In this document: positions 28,301 to 39,600 of the stretch, piece after piece
How the letters are laid out: each line of letters opens with the position of its first letter
Numbering within the stretch: position 1 is the stretch's first letter
Assembly (NCBI GenBank): GCA_963663865.1
Contig: OY760686.1
Span: 285,670-349,669 of the forward strand
Reading direction: 5' to 3'
DNA length: 64,000 bases
From: Spirochaetota bacterium
Lineage (GTDB): Bacteria > Spirochaetota > UBA4802 > UBA5550
The notes under the pieces: generated by a model
What the model was told of the DNA's origin: nothing
Seen by the model: only the letters and a program-made list of their open reading frames with translations
Database searches by the model: none
Program-made: the position numbers and the translations under genes

Positions 28301-29968
28301 TCAACTGTTCGATTTTCCGAATTTATTGACAATCAGCTGATGCGCTATCTGGAATACGTTCTGCAGTGTCCAATACAACACAAGCCCTGAAGGCATTGAC
28401 CAGAAAATGAAGATAAACACAAGCGGCATCGCCATCATCATAAACTTCTGCTGCCCGCCCTGTCCGGTATCAACCATGCTGATTTTCTGTTGAATAAATG
28501 TCGTTATCGTCATAACAATGGGGAGAATATTGACATTGAACCCTGAAAGTGTAGCGACAGTATCAGGCATGGAAAGGTCATTAATCCACAGAATAAAAGG
28601 AGCATTCCATAGATCCATACTGTTGATCAGGGCGCTGTAAAGCGCAAAGAAGAAAGGCATCTGGAGCAGTATAGGAAGACATCCGCCCATTGGATTGACC
28701 TTGTTTTCCTTATACAGCTCCATCATTTTCTTCTGCATAACATCAGGCTTATCCTTATACTTAGCTTTAAGCTCGTTGATTTTTGGAGTAAGCTTCTGCA
28801 TTTTTTTCATTGAGTCAGTTGATTTTTTTGTCAGCGGCATGAAGACAATTTTTGTCAGTATGGAAAAGACAACAAGCGCCCATCCCATATTTCCAAAGAG
28901 TTTGTTTATATTAAGAAGACACCACATTACAAAATAGCGAATCGGCTCAATCCACTTGCTCACATCGGCTGCATCTTTCAGCCCGGGGTCAACAGCCTCA
29001 AGTCTCGACTTTTCCTTTTCTCCAACGTAAACTCTAAACTCTCGGACTGCCTCCTCTCCGGGTTTAAGGCTGTTCAGAGCAACCTTCATCCCTGTACGAA
29101 AGCCCTTGTTTGTACGGTTGTCAAAGACTATACCGGTTCCGGTAAAATTAACCGGCTTCATGATGGCAAGAAGATAACGGCTTGTTACTCCCACCCAGTC
29201 AGTTGAACCATCCTCTGATTTCAGGTCTCCCGCTTTTGAGAAGAATCCGCTGCCCTTGTGTTCAAGAGTAAAATCACCGGCGATTGAAAAGATACCAGCC
29301 GGCATATTGTAGTTGTTGGAATAATCAAGCTCCGGGCCGGTAAGATCTGTAGGTGAGAAAATTATGCTGGAATCGGGGAAAAAAACCTCTGTTCGTCCAG
29401 TGTTTTTAAAGCTGTAATAAACATTGAAAGCATCTCCCTTTTCGGGTACAGTATAGCGCTTTGTTACATTTATCGTGCCTCCGTTAAGGGAGACTGACGC
29501 TGTGTATTCCTGCGCTCCGTCATTGCGTTGAAAATGCCGCCAATTTATTGAATCAAGCGATCCTGTACCGAGAAATTCTCCCTTGCTGAAATGCACAGCG
29601 AAATCAAGACTGCCTTTAGCAGCAAAAGGATTCTCGCCCGCTGTTGCCTTTATATCCCTGTCCTTTAGTCTCATTTTCTTGACTGAAGCGCCAAGTGTTG
29701 AGATTTCCATTTCAAACTGGGAGCTTTGAAGGCTGACAACTGACTCCTTTACTCCTGAAGCCGCTGTAAGCGCTTTTACAAGAACTTCCTGTGTCCGGGA
29801 GGGGGCATCAGAGGCCTTCACCTGTTCAGGGTTGCTGTTGCTTGTCTGTTCAGCTATTTTTGCTGGCGGCTGGCTTTGTTTTGTATCATCTGCAGGATTG
29901 AATATATAAAACCATGCAATCCACACAGCGGCAGTTAAAACAACCGCCAATAAAGTTCTTTTTTCCAT
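28301..29968 (-). CDS. yidC: membrane protein insertase YidC
   Basis: N-terminal TM, large periplasmic domain, C-terminal 5-TM core with conserved PF02096 blocks. Confidence 0.9.
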   Translation of the reverse strand: MEKRTLLAVVLTAAVWIAWFYIFNPADDTKQSQPPAKIAEQTSNSNPEQVKASDAPSRTQEVLVKALTAASGVKESVVSLQSSQFEMEISTLGASVKKMRLKDRDIKATAGENPFAAKGSLDFAVHFSKGEFLGTGSLDSINWRHFQRNDGAQEYTASVSLNGGTINVTKRYTVPEKGDAFNVYYSFKNTGRTEVFFPDSSIIFSPTDLTGPELDYSNNYNMPAGIFSIAGDFTLEHKGSGFFSKAGDLKSEDGSTDWVGVTSRYLLAIMKPVNFTGTGIVFDNRTNKGFRTGMKVALNSLKPGEEAVREFRVYVGEKEKSRLEAVDPGLKDAADVSKWIEPIRYFVMWCLLNINKLFGNMGWALVVFSILTKIVFMPLTKKSTDSMKKMQKLTPKINELKAKYKDKPDVMQKKMMELYKENKVNPMGGCLPILLQMPFFFALYSALINSMDLWNAPFILWINDLSMPDTVATLSGFNVNILPIVMTITTFIQQKISMVDTGQGGQQKFMMMAMPLVFIFIFWSMPSGLVLYWTLQNVFQIAHQLIVNKFGKSNS

Positions 29969-30055
29969 TACCTTCTCCCGGTGAATAATTAATAATAGGG
30001 TATTAAAGACCTTGATTCAAGCGAAAAGGCATGGAAATGACTATGAAGAGAGGGT

Positions 30056-30322
30056 TTACTTCTTGTTATACTGAAAGCGGTATGAAAATTTTTCCGGTAC
30101 TGGATCATATCCGCCTTCAAAAAAACGATTACACCGCAAAATCCTCATCACAGAAAGCCAAAGCCCTCGAAGAAGTCCGAATCTTTTTAAAGATTCCGCG
30201 GCATAAGCAGAACAGGTCGGATAAAATCTACACGACGCAGGAAGAAGCACCGAAATAAAAACCTTATATAGAGCAATAATCACCACAAGAATATTTGCCG
30301 GAAGCCGCCCTAAAAAACTCAT
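30056..30322 (-). CDS. yidD: membrane protein insertion efficiency factor YidD
   Basis: [27 protein letters not shown] motif; ATG 30322 overlaps rnpA stop as ATGA. Confidence 0.85.
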   Translation of the reverse strand: MSFLGRLPANILVVIIALYKVFISVLLPASCRFYPTCSAYAAESLKRFGLLRGLWLSVMRILRCNRFFEGGYDPVPEKFSYRFQYNKK

Positions 30323-30681
30323 TGCTTTTCTTGTATAGGACACTCGTCAAAAACTCCGTTTTTTTTAAGGGCAAACCTTATTAGACGCTCAATCTCCTGA
30401 TAACTCATTCCCTTGCTGACCTCATAAAAGCGAATCAGAACATGGCAATCCTTCTTCATTCCGGAGATCATCCCCCTAACAATAGACCTTGCCATTCTTT
30501 TCGTGTGATTTCTCTCAAAAGCCTTACCAAACCTTCTTTCAAACGAAAAGCCGATTTTCGGGACATCGCTCTCCTGAACAGAAAGAATATAGAAAAGCAT
30601 TCCCTTTGTTCTGAACCTGTAACCGCTTTTAAATAGTTCCTGAAATCCTCTTCTGCCTTTTAATGAATAAAGCCTTTTCAC
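30319..30681 (-). CDS. rnpA: RNase P protein component
   Basis: basic protein with [15 protein letters not shown] (RNR-motif region); GTG start 12 nt after rpmH stop. Confidence 0.85.
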   Translation of the reverse strand: MKRLYSLKGRRGFQELFKSGYRFRTKGMLFYILSVQESDVPKIGFSFERRFGKAFERNHTKRMARSIVRGMISGMKKDCHVLIRFYEVSKGMSYQEIERLIRFALKKNGVFDECPIQEKQ

Positions 30682-30693
30682 CCGGCCTGCTGC

Positions 30694-30852
30694 TTATTTC
30701 GGCAGTCTTTTCTCGTCAGAAACAGTCAGTTTCTTTCTTCCCTTCAGTCTTCTTCTTTTTAGCACCTTACGTCCTTCAGCAGTGCTCATCCTGCTTAAAA
30801 AACCATGTGTTCTGTTTCTTTTCAGCCTGCTTGGTTGAAATGTTCTTTTCAT
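30694..30852 (-). CDS. rpmH: 50S ribosomal protein L34
   Basis: translates to [52 protein letters not shown]; 52 aa, below ORF-track cutoff; canonical rpmH-rnpA-yidD-yidC-jag-mnmE order. Confidence 0.9.
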   Translation of the reverse strand: MKRTFQPSRLKRNRTHGFLSRMSTAEGRKVLKRRRLKGRKKLTVSDEKRLPK

Positions 30853-31007
30853 GAAAAATGACTCCTTTATAGCTAATAGTCTGGAATAATCGCTTCAAAT
30901 TACGAGAGGGTTCTCGAAAGCCTTAACGCCCCATTAGAGCGGAAATAGACTCACGTTCTCAAAAGAAATAAATGCGACGGGGTTGTTTTTTTGTCAATAA
31001 TATTAAT

Positions 31008-31391
31008 TCATTCATCCAACTCAAGAACTCCATCAAGGGTTTTTGAGCTGATTTTTTCTATTAGAGTGTTCTCGTCCTTGATTATTTTGAAATACTTCTT
31101 AACTCCCGTGATATCGAGCAGGCCTCTAATAGATTCATTAGTGTTCATCATGTACAGCTGGACGCCCTTAGACGAAAGATCCTGCATGATTTTTACAAGG
31201 AGGGATAGCGCTGAGCTGTTAATAAATGGAACTTTTGCAAAGTTTAATATAACCTGGACTTTATCGGCAGCAAGCTCAGTGGAGATAAACTCTTCAATAC
31301 GCTTCGAATCTTCAAAGGATATTTCACCTACTATATCAATTATATCGTATCCGAATTTCTTTCTATGAGTGAGCATCAGTTTTTCTTCCAT
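31008..31391 (-). CDS. STAS-domain anti-sigma-factor antagonist
   Basis: SpoIIAA-like fold with conserved Ser region (FINSSALSLLV); second ATG 31391 with GAGAGGGG SD preferred. Confidence 0.8.
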   Translation of the reverse strand: MEEKLMLTHRKKFGYDIIDIVGEISFEDSKRIEEFISTELAADKVQVILNFAKVPFINSSALSLLVKIMQDLSSKGVQLYMMNTNESIRGLLDITGVKKYFKIIKDENTLIEKISSKTLDGVLELDE

Positions 31392-31736
31392 TAAGGTCCC
31401 CTCTCGCATAAACTTCCCATGAAAACAACGCTATGTCAACTCAATTATTGACACGCGAAATACATCACCAACCGTTATAAAGGAAAGGAAACAGCACTAC
31501 TAAAATATCGGCATCTTCCAGTGCTTAATTAACTCATTATTGTGACTGCGAGGCTATCCAACTGGCCCGTTAGTGTCATTCATCATTTATTTGTTATTGA
31601 GCACCCGGAATGAGATCTAATAACCACTTTTCTTATGCCCCTTCAGTCGTCAACTAGTATGTTCCTTTTTTTCTTAACCTTTTTTTTCATTATGTAATCT
31701 ACAAATACGTTACACTTACATAACAGGAGGTAAAAA

Positions 31737-32759
31737 ATGATAAAATCATCAACCCGCCTTTATGCGGTTTTAGCCCTTTTCTTATTACTCGTCTCATGCT
31801 CAGATCAAATACCCGATACAAGCCAGGTTTCTACGAATACCGAAAACAGCACGCCTTTGCCCGGGACTCAAAGCGGAAGTGAAAATAGCGAACCAGATGT
31901 AAATGACAGCCATGATACCGGAGGAGATGTAATTACTCCAGAACAATCCCCGATTTCTACATTAAAAGCCATTTCTTCATCAGGTATTCTTTCTCCGTCC
32001 TTTTTACCGGAAACACACGAATACACAATTCTTCTGATCAATAGCGATCCGGTTTTCTTTCTCGAGTTTGACAAAGAAGATGAAAAATCCTCAGCGGTAC
32101 TTTCCGTTGATGGCGAGGAAAAACCATGTTCAGAAAATCATATTCAAATTAACAAAGTCGTTTCATTTGTAACAATCATTATTACATCTGAAGACGGCAA
32201 TTCGACTACCGAATACCGCTTTAATATTTCCAGTCCGGAAAACCTGATTGATAACTTCTCGTTTGAGCAGTTATCTGATGAATCACTCCCAATAGCATGG
32301 CAAATGAACAGCAGCGGAGGATATGTTATATCTTCTGAAAATGCCTTTGATGGTGATCTTGCATTTTCCTTCGATAGTCTGACCCAGTCGATTTCAGGAA
32401 GAGAACTTGTTTCCGGCCCCTGTCCTCTCACAGGGGATAAAAGCTGCATACGGCTGTCAGCCTCATTTTTTCTCCCATTTGACTCCGTATCTGACAACAC
32501 CCAGAGGGTACTCTTCAGCCTCAAACTCTATTTTTATGCTGATATTGAATGCACCACTCCTGCATCCACAGCATACAGAACAATGAAATCAACGGGTGTT
32601 TCTGAAGAGGCCGTCTGGACGGAGCTTTCGTTTGACATTAATGAAGTGCCGGATGATTGCATAGCAGTCAAGGCTGCTGTCAGAGCCTGCTACAACCCGG
32701 GTTTAGGCTCGCGTGAAACAGCCCACTTCATTGACTCGGTATCCCTTATTGAGTATTAG
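31737..32759 (+). CDS. lipoprotein of unknown function
   Basis: strong SD AGGAGGT; signal + lipobox LLLVSCSDQ; Ser/Thr/Glu-rich linker. Confidence 0.5.
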   Translation: MIKSSTRLYAVLALFLLLVSCSDQIPDTSQVSTNTENSTPLPGTQSGSENSEPDVNDSHDTGGDVITPEQSPISTLKAISSSGILSPSFLPETHEYTILLINSDPVFFLEFDKEDEKSSAVLSVDGEEKPCSENHIQINKVVSFVTIIITSEDGNSTTEYRFNISSPENLIDNFSFEQLSDESLPIAWQMNSSGGYVISSENAFDGDLAFSFDSLTQSISGRELVSGPCPLTGDKSCIRLSASFFLPFDSVSDNTQRVLFSLKLYFYADIECTTPASTAYRTMKSTGVSEEAVWTELSFDINEVPDDCIAVKAAVRACYNPGLGSRETAHFIDSVSLIEY

Positions 32760-32823
32760 AGACGAGTCAATTCAGCAAAGCATTGATACATACTTCTTGT
32801 AGCCGCAAAGTCCATCATTTAAA

Positions 32824-32865
32824 GAGACAGGAGAACCCCGTGGTGGATTTTCCTGTCTCCCCCTT
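32824..32865 (+). terminator. hairpin downstream of lipoprotein gene (possible terminator)
   Basis: 9-bp stem gagacagga/tcctgtctc with 18-nt loop followed by CCCCCUUUG. Confidence 0.3.
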
Positions 32866-32988
32866 TGACACGGGAAGGTTATCCAATTTACCCATTTATC
32901 CATTCAAAGAAAATAACTTTACTTATAGCACCACAACCCCTTTATGATATACAGTCAATTATGACAAATCTTATTGGAGTTAAACAGC

Positions 32989-33702
32989 ATGCCAACATCA
33001 CTGGAGAACAACTACCTTTCTTTACAGAAAAATCCATATCCCGGACGAGGCATTATCTGCGGTATCAATTCTGATGCGGATAAGTTCTTTCAAATATACT
33101 GGATAATGGGAAGAAGCGCAAACAGCAGAAACAGGGTTTTTGCGTTAAACGAAGACGGCTCAGTCAGGACAAAAGCATTTGACGAATCAAAGCTCGAAGA
33201 CCCTTCTTTAATTATATATAATCCGGCAAGAAACGTTGAAAAAAACCACATTATGACCAACGGAGATCAAACCGACACTATTTATGAATACATCAAAAAA
33301 GGCAATACATTTGAGGAAGCAATCAAAAGCAGGGAGTTCGAGCCGGACAACCCGAATTACACTCCGCGAATATCCGCTATAACAAAAGAGGATTTCAGCT
33401 GTATTTTATCTATCAATAAAACACTAAACAACAATCCAGATTATCCAGCCGTTTATTTCTACCACTTCAAAAACTTTGCCCCTGGAACAGGCCGAATGAT
33501 CACAACTTATGCTGGAGATGGAAATCCTCTTCCATCCTTCATGGGAGAACCGGTTCCTGTGCCCGTAAAGGACAGCCTCGCTGAGAATTTAGATTATTAC
33601 TGGCAGGCTTTGAACCAGGAGAACAGGGTTTCCCTTCTTGTTAAAGAAATAGACATGAAATCAGCTCTATTCAATACAAAAATTGTGAACTCTCACTCTT
33701 GA
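32989..33702 (+). CDS. purO: archaeal-type IMP cyclohydrolase PurO-like protein
   Basis: NPYPGRGIICGINSDADKFFQIYWIMGRSANSRNR and TNGDQTDTI, NYTPRISAI blocks match the PurO family as recalled from memory. Confidence 0.6.
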   Translation: MPTSLENNYLSLQKNPYPGRGIICGINSDADKFFQIYWIMGRSANSRNRVFALNEDGSVRTKAFDESKLEDPSLIIYNPARNVEKNHIMTNGDQTDTIYEYIKKGNTFEEAIKSREFEPDNPNYTPRISAITKEDFSCILSINKTLNNNPDYPAVYFYHFKNFAPGTGRMITTYAGDGNPLPSFMGEPVPVPVKDSLAENLDYYWQALNQENRVSLLVKEIDMKSALFNTKIVNSHS

Positions 33703-33711
33703 TTTCATCCC

Positions 33712-33748
33712 AGGGAATCCTTTTCCGGATTCCCTTATATCAAAAATA
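33712..33748 (+). terminator. rho-independent terminator-like hairpin after purO
   Basis: 9-bp stem agggaatcc/ggattccct, 6-nt loop, then UAUAUCAAAAAUACUUU. Confidence 0.4.
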
Positions 33749-33914
33749 CTTTACAATCCTGTATATTGCCGTTACATTTATTGACAGGACAAAATTATAC
33801 TGGTAACAATGTCTCAAGATAATTCATTTTTGAAAATTCTCAATGGGAAAGCTGCGTGCTTCTTTCTGTTTAATTTGCAGTTTTTCAAAACAAGACCATA
33901 CCAAGGAGCCGGCA

Positions 33915-35393
33915 ATGTACAGAAACAAGATATTCAACATTCTTTTCTTCTCAACAATTCTTTTTTTGGCCGGATGTGAACTCGACGTCCCAATCAATGA
34001 GATGTCCAGAGCCCACAGCCTGATAACCAGAGCAGATGAAGTCTCAGCAAAAAAATATGCTGATGAGAGCTACAGCAAATCTGTTGCGCTTCTTATTCAG
34101 GCTCAGAAAGATATCAGCGAAGAGAAAACGGACGAAGCAAAATCAAATGCTGAAAAGGCATCAGATCTCGCTCAAAAAGCAATAGATGATTCCCTTCCAC
34201 TACTTTCCACTGACTCTTTGGAATTAGCGAAATCAGCATTAACTAAAGCTGAAAATCTTAACTCTGATTCATACGCAGCTGAGCAATATAACAACGCTAA
34301 ATCACTTTATTCCTCAGCTGAAAAACAAAACAATGAGAAAAACTTCTGGGAATCTCACCTCTCGTCCTTAGCGGCCATTTCCGCGGCTGAATCTGCCGCG
34401 GATAAATCGAGGACACGAATCCCTGAACTTATTGAGAAACTGCGCAAAATTGAAACCGATGTCAAAACACTATCTCAACAAAAAGTAGACAATCCTGAAT
34501 ACACAAACCTTGTTTCAAAGACCGCAGAGCTTCTTAAAGACGCTGATTCCCAAATCACTTCAGGCGACCTGAAAAAAGCACTGGTGTCAATCGTCAACGC
34601 TGAAAAAACCGTTCAACAGGCGGACCTTATCGCACGCCTGGAAACACAGCAAAAGCGTATGAATTCCGCTTCGGTTCGTCTGGAAGAGCAAAAAGCAAGA
34701 CCTGAGTCGAAACATGCCTCTGATCTTCTGGAAAAGGCAGCGGACCATTTGAATACCGCAAAAAGCCACATTGAAGCCTCCGATCCAGAAAAAGCCGCAG
34801 TAGAAACGGAATCAGCTGAAAAGCTTATTGATCAGTCAGCACTTTCAATGCAGAAAGGTTCAGCAGAAGAAAGGCTGAAATCCCTCGAAAGCAAAATCGC
34901 ATCGGTCAGCGCTGAAGCGCCCGACGGACAGTTTATTGACGAAATAAATTCAATTAACAGCCACCTTGCCGCAAGCCGTTCAAGCATAGCTGATAACAAT
35001 TTCACTAACGCGTCCGGCAGCATGGACAAAGCCGATGCTGAAATAAGCAGGCTTGAAAGCAGTATTTCTGAGTACGCTGCCGCACGCCAGAGAGAAGCCG
35101 AAGAGGCAAAAAAAGCTGCTGAAGCCGAGTCACCCAGAGAACCTGAAATAGAACCGGTATATTATGTTGTTCAATACAACCCTAAAAACAGGGACTGCCT
35201 CTGGAAGATCGCGGGCAGACATTACAAAAATCCTGCGCTCTGGCCACTTATTTACATAGCCAACAAAAACCAGATAAAGGATCCCGATCTCATTTTCCCC
35301 GGGCAGAAGTTTCTGATTCCGCCGGAAAAGAAAGATGAAGAGATTCTTAATGAAGCAGAAAGCTCCACGGAAGCAACTGTAGATAAACAATAA
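33915..35393 (+). CDS. coiled-coil lipoprotein with C-terminal LysM peptidoglycan-binding domain
   Basis: AAGGAG SD before ATG 33915; leader MYRNKIFNILFFSTILFLAGC; LysM block YYVVQYNPKNRDCLWKIAGRHY...IFPGQKFLIP. Confidence 0.7.
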   Translation: MYRNKIFNILFFSTILFLAGCELDVPINEMSRAHSLITRADEVSAKKYADESYSKSVALLIQAQKDISEEKTDEAKSNAEKASDLAQKAIDDSLPLLSTDSLELAKSALTKAENLNSDSYAAEQYNNAKSLYSSAEKQNNEKNFWESHLSSLAAISAAESAADKSRTRIPELIEKLRKIETDVKTLSQQKVDNPEYTNLVSKTAELLKDADSQITSGDLKKALVSIVNAEKTVQQADLIARLETQQKRMNSASVRLEEQKARPESKHASDLLEKAADHLNTAKSHIEASDPEKAAVETESAEKLIDQSALSMQKGSAEERLKSLESKIASVSAEAPDGQFIDEINSINSHLAASRSSIADNNFTNASGSMDKADAEISRLESSISEYAAARQREAEEAKKAAEAESPREPEIEPVYYVVQYNPKNRDCLWKIAGRHYKNPALWPLIYIANKNQIKDPDLIFPGQKFLIPPEKKDEEILNEAESSTEATVDKQ

Positions 35394-35418
35394 AATCCAG
35401 ACATTGTTATATTCGGCC

Positions 35419-36645
35419 ATGAAAATATTCAGTCCAATACGGGCGGCTTTTTACGCCGCCCTTTTCTTCTTCTTTAGCTTAATACCTACAACATTGCACT
35501 CCAGGTATATAGACCTTGACTCAATCTATATCAAAGATTGCAGCATGTTTAACGATCTGCAAGCAAACCGGCTTCTTTCTTACAGAAAATGCGGATCTGC
35601 TCTGGTTTCTCCGTCGGCTGTGTTTTCACAATGGGTTGATGGAGATAAAATAGCTTTCATTTCGGAGAAAGGCCCGGTCTCTATAGTAAACATGTACAGC
35701 AGAAAAGAGAAACGCTCAGTTGAATTATACCGCTTTTCGGGAACTACAACATGCGCATTATTATCCGGCAACAGGCGATATCTATTTATAAAATCTGTCA
35801 CAACTGGAAGAAGTGGTGTCCCATTGTCGCATTTTTACAGCCTCGGACTTTCAGATTCATCATTGATCAAATATAAATCATCATATCCTTTTCTGGACTT
35901 CTCTGTTTTAACCGCCACAGAAAACTATATTACTGCTGCCGCAACAGGCTTGTCGCTACACAGCCCGGAATCAACCAGGAAGGAAGGGATTGCAATATCA
36001 GAGAAAGAAAAGGAATTCCTTCGAAACTCAGAATCCAACATTCTCTGTCTAATCTCGCCAAACAGACGCAATCGCTTGCTGATGTCAGGAAGCGGCGGTT
36101 ATTACAAGGCCCTCATAGCCAAGGATGGGTCATTACGCAACATCACAGGAATTATCGGTTCATCCGCAGAAACCCACTGGCTTGACAACCGCGTAATAAT
36201 AACAAGGACAGGATCCCCGGGACATCTTTCAGCGGAACTAATTGACGCTCACACGGGAACCCGGAGAAGCCTTATTGGAAGTTCTTTCAATACCGGGATA
36301 ACTTACTCCCCCTACCCGGGCATTGTATCAATTCTGGACAATCAGATAATCAGGCTTTATTATCATCCTTCCGGCAGAGCCCTTAATACTGGACTTGAAG
36401 GAGAAGATGTCTTTTTTTCTCCGGACGGGCTTCACTTCACAAGCATAATCTCCGGAAAATTGTATGTTACCAGACTCCAAAAAACCGTCCTTAACCGCTC
36501 TGAGCTTGTATCGATGTCTCAAAAACAGATACGGCTGTATAACAGACTCCTTCAGAAAAAAAAACTATGGCAGAACCAATTTACCGGAGATTACATCCAA
36601 AGCAAGATAAGCTCATACCGCAATTTCATCAATCAGGCAGATTAG
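35419..36645 (+). CDS. secreted hypothetical protein (possible beta-propeller)
   Basis: signal peptide MKIFSPIRAAFYAALFFFFSLIPTTLHS; no confident domain. Confidence 0.45.
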   Translation: MKIFSPIRAAFYAALFFFFSLIPTTLHSRYIDLDSIYIKDCSMFNDLQANRLLSYRKCGSALVSPSAVFSQWVDGDKIAFISEKGPVSIVNMYSRKEKRSVELYRFSGTTTCALLSGNRRYLFIKSVTTGRSGVPLSHFYSLGLSDSSLIKYKSSYPFLDFSVLTATENYITAAATGLSLHSPESTRKEGIAISEKEKEFLRNSESNILCLISPNRRNRLLMSGSGGYYKALIAKDGSLRNITGIIGSSAETHWLDNRVIITRTGSPGHLSAELIDAHTGTRRSLIGSSFNTGITYSPYPGIVSILDNQIIRLYYHPSGRALNTGLEGEDVFFSPDGLHFTSIISGKLYVTRLQKTVLNRSELVSMSQKQIRLYNRLLQKKKLWQNQFTGDYIQSKISSYRNFINQAD

Positions 36646-39600
36646 CTTCTTTTCCAACAGCACAAACTTCATATTTATCAATCCCCCTGATTCTCTCCTC
36701 AGCAATATTTTTTTCCTTTCTGAAAATAAGGTATGGAATAATATCCTCATTTTTCAAACCGGAAGTCCCGTCATATTCGATAGTTACGATTGGAATCCCT
36801 GTTACCCTTTCAATCTCCCCGGCCATTGCCTCGGTTACAAGCGATGGGCAGCAGAACGCCGGGTTTAACTGTACAAATAGGCTGATATCTTTATTGTGTG
36901 AAGCCAGAGAATATAGCTTAAGGATGTTCTCAACAGATTCACCGCTTTGCTCGATTCTAACGTTAAACTTTTTCAGCACATCAACAGGATTCATTGAAAA
37001 TTCCTGCGCGGGTTCCTTAAGGATACGATAGAAATACTTGTAATAACGGTTTTCAAACAGGCTGATCGCCTTTAAAAGCACTTTCGATGTAACAACCTCA
37101 AGATAGTTTCCTTCCTTAACCCATTTCTTAAGGTATGGCGCGGCTATGATCTTAATAAGCTCGCTATACGGCGTTGTAATGACCTCGCCGCCGTTATTTT
37201 CTATAACCCTGATAATATCCTGGTTCATCACCCTGTTGTCTCTAACATAGAAATCTCCAAAAATTGCGACCCTCGGTCTCTTTCCGGGGATAATTTTTAT
37301 TGTTTCGAAATCTTTTATTATGTTCTCCAGCACCGCAGTAAAGTCACTGCCTTTTTTGAAAGCTTCCTCCAGCTTCGAAGCAGACGCTTCAATTACACCG
37401 TCAGTTGTTCCAGTGACAGCCTCATAAGGCCTGATACGGCAGCCCATGAGCCTGAGATAGCCGCTAAACATAAAAGCGAGATACATGTTGATAGAAGCCC
37501 TTACCGGCATTTCATAGAAACTAATAGCGCCCGCGTATACGTCAATTTTCTCATTACCATCACCATAATCTTCAAGCAGTGTCTTTGCGTAATAAGGAAA
37601 CATTCCCAGGTTACATGAAATTCTTGATTCAATATTCCAGAGAACAGTTTTTTCCGGGTCAAGACTGTACTTTCTAACGTATTCAACACACTCATGCACA
37701 ATAATATTAAGGGGAATACACTGTCCGCTGTTTGTGCTCAGACTGCGGTGTATCATTGCCTCGTCCTCTTCGAGAAGCCTGGCATCGACCCCCTCCCTTT
37801 GCAGATTCGCAGTCATAAATCTTCCGAGAATATCATCCCAATTTGCCAGCAGCAGAGTTTTCCCCGCCAGGGCTTTTCTTCCTCTCTTGACAACTGGAAC
37901 TACTCCAGATTTTGCAAAGCTCGTTTTCTTTTGTTCTTTTTCATACAAATGATTCCTGAAAGACCTGATTCCAGCTTCAATTCTCGTCTCATATCCGACG
38001 TTTGAATCGTGTTCATCAATCTGTAGAACAAGGTAAGGCTTGCCCGCTTCATCCATTATTTTTTTGAAATAATCAACAGCGTAAGCATCAGGTGTGCACT
38101 TAAAGGATGTAATTAATACGGGATAAACACCTTCTGTCCGGGAGGCGTATGAAGCATATTCTATGATCTTCGCAGCATAGTTCCAGTGAAATGCTGAAAG
38201 GAGACCTTTTACATCAGCAATGCTCTTTGCCCTGCTTTCCACCATGTCCATATAGAAGACCCTGACACCAAGTCTTGCGAAAATGTCAGGAATGCCCTTA
38301 TTCATACCCTTCGAAAGAATTGTGTATGGCCTTCCAAGTAGAATAACATTCAACCCTTCTCTATCTCTGTTCTTATCATAAATGTCGATAAGGCTTTTCT
38401 TTACTTTTTCTGAAAACTTCTCTGCTGCTTTTAATGCTTTGAATATCTGGCGAAAACTCACCTTTCCCCCGGTAATCTGATTCACTGCGTCATACAGTTC
38501 CTTTAACATAAAAAATCCGGGATTAAGTGAATATAGAAGCGGGCTGATAATTTTCGCTCCCCCCATGCAACCAGCCTCTTCAACAAGAGACGAGATAAAC
38601 TGTGTATAATAGCAGTATTGTCTTCTGTTTTTCCTGCTAGCCCTCCTGTCTCTTCTCTCAAGATATGTTGGAATAAAAATATAATCTGCCCTTTCCGACA
38701 GATACCTGACATGACCGTGCATTTCAGAAACGGGGGCACAAAACTCCGCTCCGCTTAATCTCTTTCCCGTTTTTACTGCATCTCTGAGTCCTTCACTGGT
38801 CAGAGTTTTGATTCCGAGTTCTTTGAAAAAAAACTTCCACATTGGAATATCTTCAAAAAGATGCAGCGCTGCCGGAAGACCAACTACTACCTGCTGTTTA
38901 CCATCAGAAAGAGGACTTACAGTACTAACTCTGCTTCTTTCCTTGAAAAGATCAAAACCGCTTGTGTTGGTATTTATAAACTTCCTGGTATCGTAGTCAC
39001 GACCACATAGAAAACCGAATGCTACAGTCTGGCTCCCAACTTCAGCAATTTTAATTTTACAATGATTTGTACACAAGTCACAGATCTCTGTTTTTACAGG
39101 TATTGTTTCGCTATAGATTCCGATACCTCTAAAGGCTGTTGTCTCTAACCTCATTTCCTGAAGGCATAGCGCGACCCCAAGAGCTCCCGTCAAATGGCAG
39201 TAAGGAGATACCATTATTGGTTTCTTAAGACGCTGCTCAAAAGCGGCTACAAGCGCCCTGTTTCTGGCTGTAGCTCCCTGAAAGAAAATCTTCTTCCCGA
39301 TATTTTTTTCAACCGCAACCTTTGTCAGATAATTATCTCTGACGGAGTGGAGCACAGAGGCAAGTATCTCATCAACATCAAAACCTTCTGTCAGAAAGGA
39401 GTTCAGGTCTCTTTCCATAAAGACTGTGCACCTGTCACTCGACAGCGGAGCCTCTCGCCCCTCAGCCCTTTTAGAATACTCCGAAAGCGGGCAACCCAGC
39501 TTCCTCGCCTGTTCTTCAATGAAGCTTCCGGTTCCAGCAGCGCAAACATTGTTCATTATTGAGAAGGTCACCATACCATTTTTAAGTGTAGTAAACTTCG

